Of a stretch of 64,000 nt of DNA, positions 13,401 through 23,582 are shown in pieces. The stretch's first letter is position 1, and every line of letters begins with the position of its first letter. Below the pieces are notes generated by a model. That model searched no databases. It saw only the letters and a list, made by a program, of their open reading frames with translations, and had not been told where the DNA came from. Both the position numbers and the translations under genes were made by a program. This stretch comes from Malacoraja senta (lineage: Eukaryota), in assembly GCA_038087875.1 (NCBI GenBank), contig CM075994.1, positions 4,404,001 to 4,468,000 on the forward strand, written 5' to 3'.

Positions 13401-16400
13401 ACAGGCCGTCGGTTTCGAGGGTGATAAGGGGTGATTTAAGGATAAGGGCCGAGATGAGAAAAAAAATTCACACAGAGTGTGGTGAATCTGTAGCATTCTC
13501 TGCCACAGAAAGTAGTTGAGGCCAGTTCATTGGCTATATTTAAGAGGGAGTTAGATGTGGCCCTTGTGGCTATAGGGATCAGGGGGTATGGAGAGAAGGC
13601 AGGTACAGGATACTGAGTTGGATGATCAGCCATGATCATATTGAATGGCGGTGCAGGCTCGAAGGGTCGAATGGCCTACTCCTGCACCTATTTTCTATGT
13701 TTCTATGTTTCTATGTTTCTATAAGCCTCTGGAAACTAAACTGAATGTGATGTACAACTCATATAAAATATATCTGTTTGTTTTAGAACTCCAGAGATTG
13801 ACAGCCATTAGAGATGATGTGGGTAAGGGAAAAAACACTGTACCATTTTTATTTCCAACTATATTCTTTGGAAATACAAAACAGAATGTGCTGGGAACGT
13901 TTAGTTTAACTTAGTTCAATTTATTATTGTTACATGTACCGAGGTACAGTGAAAAGTATTTATTTTGTGTGCTATCCCGTCAAACAAAAACATACACATT
14001 ATTAGAATCAAGCCTTCCACTGTGCACAGTTGAAAGATAAAGGGCACAGCAATCCGTTAAAGATAGTCGGACGGATTAGGGCAGCACAGTGGCGTGGCGG
14101 GAGCGTTGCTGCCTTTCAACGCCAGAGACCGGGTTCGATCCTGACTACGGGTGCTGTCTGTACGGAGTTTTACGTTCTCCCTGTGACCGCGTGGTTTTCT
14201 CCTGGTGCCCCAGTTTCCCCCCACACTCCAAAGGTTAATTTGTTTCGGTTAATTGTGCAATTGTCCCTGGTGTGTGTAGGTTAGTGTAGTCGGCGCGGTC
14301 TCGGTGGGCTAAAGGGCCTGTTTCCGCGCTGTATCTCTAAAGTTAATAGTATATCAAATTGACGTCGGATAATGTCCAATTAATGTCCACATAATTCAAA
14401 GGTCTCCAATGATGTAGATGGGAGGTAGACAAAAATGCTGGAGAAACTCAGCGGGTGAGGCAGCATCTATGGAGCGAAAGAATAGGTGACGTTTCGGGTC
14501 GTGACCCTTCTTCAGACTGATGTGGGGGTGGAGGGGCGGGAACAAGAAAGGAAGAGGCAGAGACAGTGGGCCGTGAGAGAGATGGGAATGGGAGGGGAAG
14601 GAGGGAGAATGCAAGGAATACCTGAAATTGGAGTAGTCAATGTTCATACCGCTGGGGTGTAAACTACCCAAGCAAAATATGAGGTGCTGCTCCTCCAATT
14701 TGCGGTGGGACTCACTCTGGCCATGGAGGAGGCCCAGGTCGGATTCGGAATGGGAGGGGGAGTTGAAGTGTTGAGCCACCGGGAGATCAGGTTGGTTAAT
14801 GCGAACTGCGCGGAGGTGTTGGGCGAAGCGATTGCCAAGCCTGCGCTTGGTCTCATCGATGTAAAGCAGTTAGGTCAGTTCCGCACTCTAGCTGTTGAGA
14901 TGACTGTTCTGTTGCTTGATCGGGCAGCACCTGCGGAGAGGGAAGCAAAGGCAATGTTTTAGGCAGTCAAGGAGTCACGCTGATTGCCCTCGGCAAACTT
15001 GATTTCCGTTTGAAACTTTAAATCTGTTGCTTCTCCACACAAACTGACAGTGTGGTACGTTCTGATTCCCAACGTGCATTTTTTTTTTCATTGAACTTCA
15101 ATTATATTCGGCAGAGTTCAAATTCTGTTCCTATTCCAAAGAAACCATTAATCTCCTGTTTAAATGACTACCGTCCTGTCGCACTGACATCAGTCATCAT
15201 GAAGTGCTTCGAGCGGCTAGTCAAAACTCACATCTGCTCCTCTCTCCCTGACACCTTGGACCCTCTTCAGTTTGCGTATAGACCAAACAGGGCCACGGAC
15301 GATGCCATCGCCATGGCAACTCACACTGCGCTCACCCACCTGGAGAAAGGGAATACATATGTGAGAATGCTCTTCGTTGACTACAGCTCGGCATTCAAAA
15401 CTATCATTCCCTCAAAACTCATCCCCAAGCTCTTAGAACTTGGACTGGAGACCTCCATCTGCGGCTGGATATTTGACTTCCTGATGGGCAGGCCCCAGGT
15501 GGTGAGAATTGGCAGCCACGCCTCTTCCTCACTGATCCTCAACACAGGCGCACCACAGGACTGTGTGCTCAGGCCTCTCCTGTACTCCCTGTTCACCCAC
15601 GACTGTACTGCTAAGCACAGCTCAAACATCATCTTAAAGTTTGCTGACGACACGACCATCCTGGGCCTCATCACAGACAATAATGAGACGGCCTACAGAG
15701 AGGAGATAAAGGCACTAAACAGCTGGTGCCATGAAAATAACCTCTCTCTCAATGTGAGCAAAACTAAAGAGATGATCGTGGACTAGAAGAGACAGCAGGG
15801 GAATGGTCACCTCCCCATCCACATCGGTGATGCTGAGGTTGAAAGGGTCAGCAGCTTCAAGTTCCTCGGTGTGTGCACATCACTGAGGACCTCTCTTGGA
15901 CACTGCACACGGACACAATAACTAAGAAAGCCCGCCAGCGGCTCTTTTTCCTGAGAAGACTGAGGAAGTTTGGCATGAACGCCAGCATCCTCACAAACAT
16001 CTACAGTTACACCATCGAGAGCCTGCTGACGGGCTACATCACAGTCTGGTACGGGAACTGTTCTGCCCACAGCCGCAAATCACTAGAAAGTGGTGAAGGC
16101 GGCACAGCACATCACTGGCAACTGTCTCCCGGCTATTCAGGACATTTTCCACCGGCGGTGCCTGCGGAAGGTACACAGCATCATCAAGGACCACAGCCAC
16201 CCTGCACACAGACCGTTCTCCTTGTTACCGTCAGGCAGACGAGACAGGAGCATGGCTGCACGTACCACTAGACTTAAGAACAGCTTTTATCATCATGCCA
16301 TCAGGCTTCTGCACTCATAAACACATCATATATGTTGTTGTTTTTATTTATTATTGTCTTTTACCTACCAATGTCACTTTTATCTTATCTTTTTTTACCT

Positions 16401-19400
16401 TAATTTTATCCTTGTAATATCATTGCTGAGGTGACCCGTTGTCTTGTCAAAAACATTTCATTGTACCGTTGACCCTGTGTTAACCTACATATGACAAATA
16501 TAACTGAACTGAACTGAACTAAAGTTTGGCAGTAATGTTAACTTGGATGTTCGACGGTAATGTCACGCACACCGTCCATTTCTCCCTTATGAAAACCTCC
16601 ACAAATGTATTTTCTTTTACCACAGTGAACCTATTGACATTAAAAAATGAAGGTAATCCATCTGTCACTAGTTGAAGGTGTGTCACATGCTAGTCTGTGT
16701 ATATGAAGGGGGTGGGGATAATTTTTCAAAAACCGGGAATATTACGTTGGATTTCTGCTCTGTAACCAGCACAGCTCTGAAATACAACAATGTTCGGGTG
16801 GTACAGTGGTGCGCAGTAGAGTTGCTGCATTACAGCGCCAGAGACCCGGGTTCGATCCTGACTGTGGGTGCTGTCTGTACGGAATTTGTACGTTCTCCCC
16901 GTGCCCGCGTGGGTTTCCTCCGGGTGCTTCGATTTATGCCCACATTCCAAAGACCTACGAACTTGTAATAATAATAATAATACATTTTATTTATATAGCG
17001 CTTTTCAAAGACTCAAAGTCGCTTTACATTAAGAGTAAAAAAAAATAGAGCAGTAAGACAGAGATGCAAAGGGGAGGGGGACATGGGACTAAGGGTATGC
17101 AGAGGTGAAGAGTTTCGGATCAGTTGTGGGAGGGAATTCCAGAGCCTGGGAGCTGCCCTGGAGAAGGCTCTGCCTCCAAAAGTGCAGAGGTTTGATTTCG
17201 GAGTGGAGAGGAGACCAGCTGATGTGGATCTGAGGGACCGTGAGGGTTGGTAGGGGGAGAGGAGATCAGTGAGATAAGGGGGGGGGCAACTGGTTGAGGG
17301 CTTTGTAGGTGAGGACCAGGATTTTGTAGATGATCCGGTGGGAAATGGGAAGCCAGTGAAGTTCTTTGAGAACTGGGGTGATGTGGTGCCAGGGTTTGGT
17401 GTGGGTAATGAGTCGGGCGGCAGCGTTCTGGACCGGTTGGAGTCGGTTGATGTTGCTGGAATTGATGCCAAAGAGAAGAGAGTTACAGTACTCCAGTCGG
17501 GAGGAGATGAAGGCATGGATGAGTCTTTTAGCAGCGGGGGGTGTGAGAGAGGATCTGATTTTGGCAATGTTGCGGAGGTGAAAAAATGATGTTTTGACAA
17601 CATGGCGTATGTGAGGCTCAAGGGAGAGGGTTGAGTCAAAGATCACGCCAAGGTTGCGGGCCTGAGGAGATGGGGAGACAGTGGTGCCGTCAATAGTGAG
17701 AGTGGGGTTGTGAATTTTCGTGAGTGTTGATTTGGAGCCAATGAGGAGAAATTCTGTTTTGTTACTGTTTTGTTGGTTAATTGGCCTCTCTAAATGACCC
17801 CAGGTGTGTAGGGAGTGGATGCGAATGTGGATAACAGGGAACTACCGTGTAAGTGATCGATGGTCGGCGCGGAATCTGTGGGCCGAAGGGCCTCTTTCCG
17901 CGTTGTACCTCTAAACGAAACGAAACTAATTATCATTTGACGAGCACCTTGCTTCCAACATGTTCCACCCTTATCTCAAACGCCCAGCATTATTTGTGTT
18001 CCACGAGATTCTTTGGCTCCACGGTGTAAAATAAGGGGAAAAACAACAATTCTAAACCATACGTGATAGTATGTTGTAAGAAGGAACTGCAGTTGCTGGT
18101 TTAAACCGAAGATAGACACAAAAAGCTGGGGTAACTCATCGGGACTGGCAGCAACTTTGGAGAGAAGGAATGGGTAACGTTTCGGGTCGACACCCTTCTT
18201 CAGACCCCAAAAAAGAAGGGTCTCGACCTGAAACGTCATCCATTCCTTCTCTCCAGAGATATTGCCCGTCCCGCTGAGTTACTCCAGCATTTTGTGTCTA
18301 TCTTGTGATAGTACTCTATAGTACAGCTCCGTGAAAATACTTTTATTTTTAAACGAAGGCATTTAATAATCCTCTCCATTCCTTTAGAACTCAGAAGACT
18401 TCATAAAAATTGTAGTGAGTGTTGAAAGATTATACACCTATATTAATTTCACGTCGTCACGTACACTTCAAGTTACCGAGTCAATTATTGAGAACAGTCT
18501 TACTAAAAAGGTGTCGCGCAGTCGAGATCGCAAAGCGGTTTGTAATTCTTTGGCGCAACGTTGAAGACTTGGGTTCTTAATCATTGGATAATTGGTCACG
18601 GGTATGACACATGTCCAATTAACTAGGACCAATTTTGCAGCCCAAATTATATATCGTACCTATATTTAACTCATCGCCACCTTAAGTTGTTCAGCCGGTC
18701 AGACTGCATTCTTGGAGAAAAATGATGGGTGACGTTTCCGGTCTGAACCCTTCCTCAGACCCGAAACGTCATCCATCATTTTTCCCCAGAGATGTTGCCT
18801 GACCCGTTGAGTTAGTCCAGGACGTTGTGTCTCTTGCTGCAATCCCTTCCTACATACCTAAAGTCGTTCCTTAGCTATTCCGGAATCTATTAGTTTCATC
18901 CAAATGAAGAAAGGTGTTTTCACAATGGTTGCATAAGATTTCCGTTTCCTTTTAATCTGCCCACGTGGCTCAACGTAGAATCTGCTAACGGAATCAGAAC
19001 TGTGAAATGTAACGGTCCACTTTCGTTGCCCGGAAGGGCCGAAGCCCAGCACACCTAGCACATCTATCGTGTAAAATAGGCACAAAAAAACTGGAGTAAC
19101 TCAGCGGGTCAGACAGCATCTCTGGAGAAATGGAATAGGTCACGATTCGGGTTGTGACCCTTCTTCAGATTGAGATTCAGGGGAAAGGGAAACGATAGAT
19201 ATAGACGGTGATGTAGAGAGATAGAGAACAAATGCATGAAAGAGATGCAATTGGGTAACGATGATAAAGTGAACAGGCCATTGTTAGCTATGGGCTAGGT
19301 GACAACGAGTTACAGGCAATGAGACTCAACAGGTCGACTTGTAGCTAGTACAAGGACTTGGGTGCGGGAGGGACAGAGAGTGGGGGGATGCAAGGGTTAC

Positions 19401-21076
19401 TTGTAGTTAGAGAAATGAATGTTCATACCGCTGGGTTGTAAGCTACCCAAGCGAAATATGCGGTGCTGATCCTCCAAGTTGCGTCGGGCCCCACTCTGAC
19501 AATGGAGGAGGCCCAGTTCGGAAATGGGAGGGGAAATTAATGTGTTTGGCAACCGGTAGATCAGGTAGGCCCAGGCACACACACATACACATGTGTAAGT
19601 TATAAAGTGCTTGCAACGTTATGACCCCAACAACCAACCAATTTATGAGTTTTTTCATCAATGTCATTACCACAGGGATGATAGAAGGAGACAAATACAG
19701 CGTAAGTGACTTGGAAATTGTTATTGGGCAAATATTGTTCAGATAAATAAAAATCACAAGTGATAACATTCACCTTATTGAAAGGTTGCAACAATTGCAT
19801 TTGATATCTGGGGTTATCTATTTTTCTAACAAATATTTGGAGGGTAAATTGTACTAGTGAAATATAATTTTAGCCACTGGGCTAGTTGTGAAGAAATCTG
19901 TCCAGTTTATAACAAAATAAATCTTCACATTCCCGCCACTGTGCCAGGACCCTGGGTAAGCATATATTCAGAACTACCCCCTTTGCTATTCAATGCATCT
20001 CCGTTACTCCGCCTCTCAGCTCCTGCCTTGAACGCACCCCAACATTCACTACGACTTTGCAAATGCTTCTGCCTCAACTCCCATCCATTTTTCATCTTAA
20101 CCTCACCTAAATATAATATTCAATTCCTGCGTGTTTTAAATAGGTCTGAAGAAGGGTCTCGACCCGAAACGTCACCCACTCCTTCTCTCCAGAGATGCTG
20201 CCCTTCCCGCTGAGCTACTCCAGCATTTTGTGTGTATCTTCGTGTTTTAAATAGGTATATCTGACAATGATTGTGCAGAAAATGATGCCAAGTTAAACTA
20301 ATCTTCTCTGCCTGTATGTGATCCATATCCCTCAATTTTCTGCATATCTATGTGCCTATCTAAAAGCCTCTTAAATACTACCAGCGTCTCTGCCTCCACC
20401 AACAACCCTGACAACGCAAGTGGTCAACCTATTTAAATTTAAAACAAAGACCACTTATTTACAAACTGGAGCGTTCTCCACATTAACGACAAAAATCCTC
20501 TCTCAAGATAAATACGTATAGCACGGGGCCCACACGGTGGCACAGCGGTCGAGTTGCTGCCTTTTACAGCGCCGGAGTCCCGGCTTCGATCCTGGCTTCG
20601 GGATCTGTCTCTTTTGAGTTTGTATGTTCTCCCCGTGGATTTTCTCCGAGAACTTAGATTTCCTCCCACAGTCCAAAGACGTGCAGGTTTGTAGGTTATG
20701 AAATCGTAAAATGTTCCTAATGTAGGATAGTGTTAATGTGTGGGGATCACAGGTCCTTCTCTCCAGAGATGCTTCCTGTCCCGCTGAGTTACACCCGCGT
20801 TTTGTGTATGTCTTCTGTATTAAAGCCAATCTGCCTGTCACCTGCATGAATGTAAGTCCTGGTGTTGGAGCAGGTAACACTGGAAAATTCCTGCTGCATT
20901 CCCATTGTCAAAACGGTAACGTTGACGCCTTTGGACCATTTTCGTTTAAACACATTATTTGGCGAGATGGCCCCCGGAGAATGAAATGTGTCCTCGTCTC
21001 CCGCTGTCACGCGTGTTAAAATTCCATCTTTACTTGTTTTCCAGAGTTGAATGATTCACGAGGCGCCAACATCTAG
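115..21076 (+). CDS. 3' portion (5' end outside window) of a multi-micro-exon gene encoding a long heptad coiled coil; candidate BG/butyrophilin-like cytoplasmic tail
   Basis: 15 exons of exactly 36 or 27 nt, each bounded by AG and GT and all phase 1-1, splice without a stop to [160 protein letters not shown]. Family assignment is inference. Confidence 0.8.
857..1246. repeat. compound tetranucleotide microsatellite (TTAC)n/(TCAC)n
   Basis: direct inspection; explains the LLTY/SLTH pseudo-ORFs. Confidence 0.98.
2061..2087 (+). CDS. micro-exon 2 (27 nt, DKIMQRQST)
   Basis: ctcttttacag|ATAAAA...AGTACAG|gtacag; similar to micro-exon 12. Confidence 0.75.
4076..4111 (+). CDS. micro-exon 3 (36 nt, [12 protein letters not shown])
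   Basis: ttcttcctcttag|AACTTG...GAGAAAG|gtcaga. Confidence 0.8.
4120..4980 (+). mobile_element. decayed CR1 LINE ORF2 endonuclease fragment, interrupted by Penelope pLTR pieces
   Basis: [35 protein letters not shown] motifs. Confidence 0.8.
5609..5635 (+). CDS. micro-exon 4 (27 nt, ANTLEKKDE)
   Basis: ttattgttccag|CTAACA...GACGAAG|gtaaat. Confidence 0.8.
6627..6662 (+). CDS. micro-exon 5 (36 nt, [12 protein letters not shown])
   Basis: ctttcatccacag|AAATCC...GATTTAG|gtaagc. Confidence 0.8.
   Translation, partial: KSKTLKSQCMI
7223..7249 (+). CDS. micro-exon 6 (27 nt, ENTLRDKEL)
   Basis: tctgttttaaccag|AGAACA...GAATTGG|gtaaaa; similar to micro-exon 4. Confidence 0.75.
7358..7526. repeat. 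(AAT)n microsatellite
   Basis: direct inspection. Confidence 0.97.
7545..7571 (+). CDS. micro-exon 7 (27 nt, ATAESCGTY)
   Basis: ttattttcttttag|CCACGG...ACCTACG|gtatgt. Confidence 0.7.
8398..8424 (+). CDS. micro-exon 8 (27 nt, VRKLKAKTS)
   Basis: tgtttttcttgcag|TAAGGA...ACGTCAG|gtagta. Confidence 0.7.
8461..9250 (-). mobile_element. non-autonomous retroelement-like insertion with (ATGATT)n tail
   Basis: AATAAA plus short tandem tail on the - strand, GC-rich body, no recognisable ORF; family not determined. Confidence 0.5.
10478..10513 (+). CDS. micro-exon 9 (36 nt, [12 protein letters not shown])
   Basis: tttactttcag|AACTCG...GAATCCG|gtagga. Confidence 0.8.
11458..11484 (+). CDS. micro-exon 10 (27 nt, ARNLKQKGK)
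   Basis: tttttcgtccaacag|CACGAA...GGCAAAG|gtaaac. Confidence 0.75.
11616..11642 (+). CDS. micro-exon 11 (27 nt, DFDSHLEDD)
   Basis: gtgatatttag|ACTTTG...GACGACG|gtgagt. Confidence 0.7.
11838..12352 (-). mobile_element. CR1 LINE 3' end
   Basis: [17 protein letters not shown]...SRTRGHSL...[12 protein letters not shown]; (TTTCTATG)-type tail. Confidence 0.92.
12672..12698 (+). CDS. micro-exon 12 (27 nt, DERMQESKT)
   Basis: ctcttttaaaatcatacag|ATGAAA...AAAACTG|gtaatc. Confidence 0.75.
13787..13822 (+). CDS. micro-exon 13 (36 nt, [12 protein letters not shown])
   Basis: ctgtttgttttag|AACTCC...GATGTGG|gtaagg. Confidence 0.8.
14424..14868 (-). mobile_element. Penelope-like element 3' end: GIY-YIG C-terminus plus pseudo-LTR with hammerhead motif
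   Basis: [10 protein letters not shown]...[21 protein letters not shown] followed by CTGAAGAAGGGTCACGACCCGAAACGTC; related remnants at ~19080-19580(-), 24480-24900(-), 48995-49120(+). Confidence 0.8.
15120..16520 (+). mobile_element. 5'-truncated Rex1/Babar-type LINE (RT domain, disrupted)
   Basis: [42 protein letters not shown]; premature stop and frameshifts; (ACTGA)n tail. Confidence 0.9.
16626..16652 (+). CDS. micro-exon 14 (27 nt, VNLLTLKNE)
   Basis: ttttcttttaccacag|TGAACC...AATGAAG|gtaatc. Confidence 0.8.
16967..17770 (-). mobile_element. L2 LINE 3' end
   Basis: [11 protein letters not shown]...[15 protein letters not shown]...[14 protein letters not shown]2-type terminus with (ATT)n tail. 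Confidence 0.88.
18172..18207 (-). ncRNA. minimal type-I hammerhead ribozyme motif (Penelope pLTR), well-formed copy
   Basis: GGGT-CTGAAGA-A-GGGT(GTCG)ACCC-GAAAC-GTT^ACCC: stem I, core, stem II, palindromic stem III. Confidence 0.6.
18388..18414 (+). CDS. micro-exon 15 (27 nt, ELRRLHKNC)
   Basis: ctccattcctttag|AACTCA...AATTGTA|gtgagt. Confidence 0.8.
20143..20176 (+). ncRNA. minimal type-I hammerhead ribozyme motif (Penelope pLTR)
   Basis: GGT-CTGAAGA-A-GGGTCTCGACCC-GAAAC-GTC^ACC; insertion flanked by a 16-bp direct repeat. Confidence 0.6.
21045..21076 (+). CDS. putative terminal coding exon ([10 protein letters not shown]) followed by AT-rich 3' UTR
   Basis: strong acceptor ctttacttgttttccag|AG; in-frame TAG at 21074-21076; AATAAA at 21262 and 21299. 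Confidence 0.55.
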
Positions 21077-21261
21077 GTCAAGACCGTTGATCGAAAATCT
21101 AACCATTAACTCCTCAGTTTCAATGTTTAAGAGTAATATTTACAGCTTGGTTGTCCTTTCCGTTTCCATGTTATAACTGTGGCTGAATATAAAATTAAAA
21201 AATCAAAATACGAATCAAAGAAGCATACTTTCTGACTCAAACTGTACAATACAGGCGCACA

Positions 21262-21304
21262 AATAAATGCTTATCGTGTTGAAATTATCCCTTCCACGAA
21301 TAAA
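21262..21304 (+). terminator. candidate polyadenylation signals of the coiled-coil gene
   Basis: AATAAA at 21262-21267 and 21299-21304, about 190-230 nt after the stop. Confidence 0.45.
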
Positions 21305-21751
21305 TAGTGATTGAAAACAAAAAGAAGGCGACAACCAGGGCTCAGATCTTCTTTCTAATGGGATTAAGAACATACCCATGTGCCATGTTTTCAGTTTGCA
21401 ATTGTTTAAAACCCTCGTCCAAAAATGTTTAAATGATCTATCTTCCCCTCTTAACTTTATTCCCCTGCTTTCTCAATATAACTCTGACACCGTACTAAGC
21501 AAGAATTAAGGTCTCAAAGTCTGTGGAATTCGCTGCCTCAGAGGGCAGTGGAGGCCGGTTCTCTGGATGCTTTCAAGAGAGTTAGATAGGGCTCTTAAAA
21601 ACAGCGGAGTCAGGGGTTATGGGAGAAGGCAGGAACGAGGTACTGATTGGGGATGATCAGCCATGATCACATTGAATGGCGGTGCTGGTTCGAAGGGCCA
21701 AATGGCCTACTCCTGTACCCTATTGTCTATTGTCTATTGTCTATTGTCTAT

Positions 21752-22650
21752 AGGGGGGTTGCACGTAAGGTCACTGTGTCATAAGGCTTGTCGCACGGAG
21801 CCGCTCAATCCATCTGGAGGACAAACGTAACTTCCGGTATATGTTATTAATGCAAGAAATGCGTACTTTCCTACCTGTTAAAAACCGCCAAAATGTTGAA
21901 TTTTTCTTCTGCTGTAAAAAAAGTGTGGGTCGGGGTAAGTGTGAGAGACATGTACCCAACTCAGAATTCAAAAGTGAAGCGGAATGAAGGTAAAGAGAAG
22001 CGACAGCTGAAGAGACAACAACAGCTAAAGTGCTTGGCGAACAATAGCCGTGCAGATATCGGAATTGAAAATATTGGGAATTATCGCGTTTGCTCACTGC
22101 ATTTCATCAACAGTAAGGCATTATTTGCGTTTTTTTCTTGATTCCTTTGGTATCTAAAAAGTCTCAGAAGTGATAAATCTGGCTGTAAATTTTGCTTCAG
22201 AGGCGTTTTCTTTTTGTATGTAAAAACCCACTTGAGAACCATGGGCGATTTTAAAATTTTACAGGCAGATTTATCACTTCTGAAACTTTTTAGATGCCAA
22301 AGGAATCAAGAAAAAACATAAATAATGCCTTCAGTTGATGAAATGCAGCGAGCAAACGGCCAATGTTCGCCAAGCACTTTGGCTGTTGTCCTCCAGCTCT
22401 CCGCTTCTATCCACCGTCATTTCTCCTCACTTTTGGAATTCTGAAGTAGGCTAAATGTCTCCCACGCTTATCCCGATTTACATAATTATTTACAGCGCAA
22501 AAATTGACAATTTCGGCGGGTTTTAACGGGCCCGCTACGCTGGAAACAATGGTAAGTACTTACCTGCAGTTCATCGCGTGTAATCCACTTGGCGTAGCGT
22601 AGCAACAGTACGGGTCATGGGTCGTGACCCGACTGCCGTGAAACCTCCCT
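21752..22650. mobile_element. foldback non-autonomous DNA transposon with THAP-domain remnant (ISL2EU/Harbinger-like)
   Basis: termini AGGGGGGTTGCACG / CGTGAAACCTCCCT flanked by AT on both sides; long internal inverted repeat; YRVCSLHF remnant. Confidence 0.65.
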
Positions 22651-22818
22651 ATTGGCTCTCGGTCTCCACTTGCTCGGACGCAGCAACTCTACCAGCGTGC
22701 CGCCCTATTCCCTCCATAGATGCTGCCCGATCCACTGAGTTCCACCAGCTCTTGGTCTCAGCGCTCAAGGTTCAGGCAAACCTGCAGTTCCTGGTGTGGG
22801 CATAATGGAGGGGGTAAA

Positions 22819-22905
22819 TTCCCAGCGTTCCCCGCGGCTGCGAAAGTGCCCTATTCACTACAGCGGGAGAACTCGGCGCGGACGTAGCCCACAACCCGGA
22901 AGCGG
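22819..22905 (+). promoter_or_regulatory. NRM proximal promoter/5' region (CpG-rich; ZNF143-like and ETS motifs)
   Basis: TTCCCAGCGTTCCCCGCG (Staf/ZNF143-site-like) 22819-22836; CCGGAAG 22896-22902 just upstream of the ATG; CpG-rich. Confidence 0.45.
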
Positions 22906-22918
22906 TCGGAGCTTTGTC

Positions 22919-23069
22919 ATGGCCGCCCTCCAGTCGGCGGCTCTCGCCTGCGTCTCGCTGCTTAACTTCATCTTCGTCTCCTGGAGCACGGTGGAGTTCG
23001 TGGTCTTCATCTCCCTGCAGCACATCTACCGGGAGGACGCGCGGCCGGGAACTGCCGACCCCGCTACAG
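22919..23069 (+). CDS. NRM: nurim (nuclear envelope membrane protein) exon 1
   Basis: MAALQSAALACVSLLNFIFVSWSTVEFVVFISLQHIY...; resembles nurim N-terminus (VEFVxFxSL); donor AG|gtggga, phase 1. Confidence 0.9.
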
Positions 23070-23114
23070 GTGGGACAGCCTCGTCTGTGGGGACCCATGG
23101 GGGTAGAGCTTGAT

Positions 23115-23582
23115 GGGGAGGGAAGGGGAGGGGAGAGGAGAGGAGAGGAGAGGAGAGGGAGAGGAGAGGAGAGAGGGAGGGGGAGAGGAGAGCGGAGGGG
23201 AGAGGAGAGGGGAGGAGGAGGTGAGAGGAGGGGAGAAGAGGGGGGAGGGGAGAGGAGAGGGGGAGAGGAGGGGAGAGTAGAGGAGGGGAGAGGATGGGGG
23301 AGAGGAGGGGGGAGGAGAGGAGAGGAGAGAGCAAAGATTGCTATAGGATCTTTGGGAGAGAGGAGGTGGGGAGAGGAGAGGAGAGAGCAAAGATTGCTAT
23401 AGGATCTTTGGGAGAGAGGAGGTGGGGAGAGGAGGGGAGAGGAGAGAGCAAAGATTGCTATAGGATCTTTGGGAGAGAGGAGGTGGGGAGAGAGGGCAGG
23501 GAGAGGAGAGGAGCAGAGGGGAGAGGGGGAGAGGGAGAGGAGAGGAGGACGGGGAGAGGAGGGAGAAGAGGAGGAGGAGAGA
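23115..23582. repeat. polypurine (GGAGA)n-like tract with three ~57-bp repeats in NRM intron 1
   Basis: GAGAGCAAAGATTGCTATAGGATCTTTGGGAGAGAGGAGGTGGGGAGA occurs three times. Confidence 0.9.
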
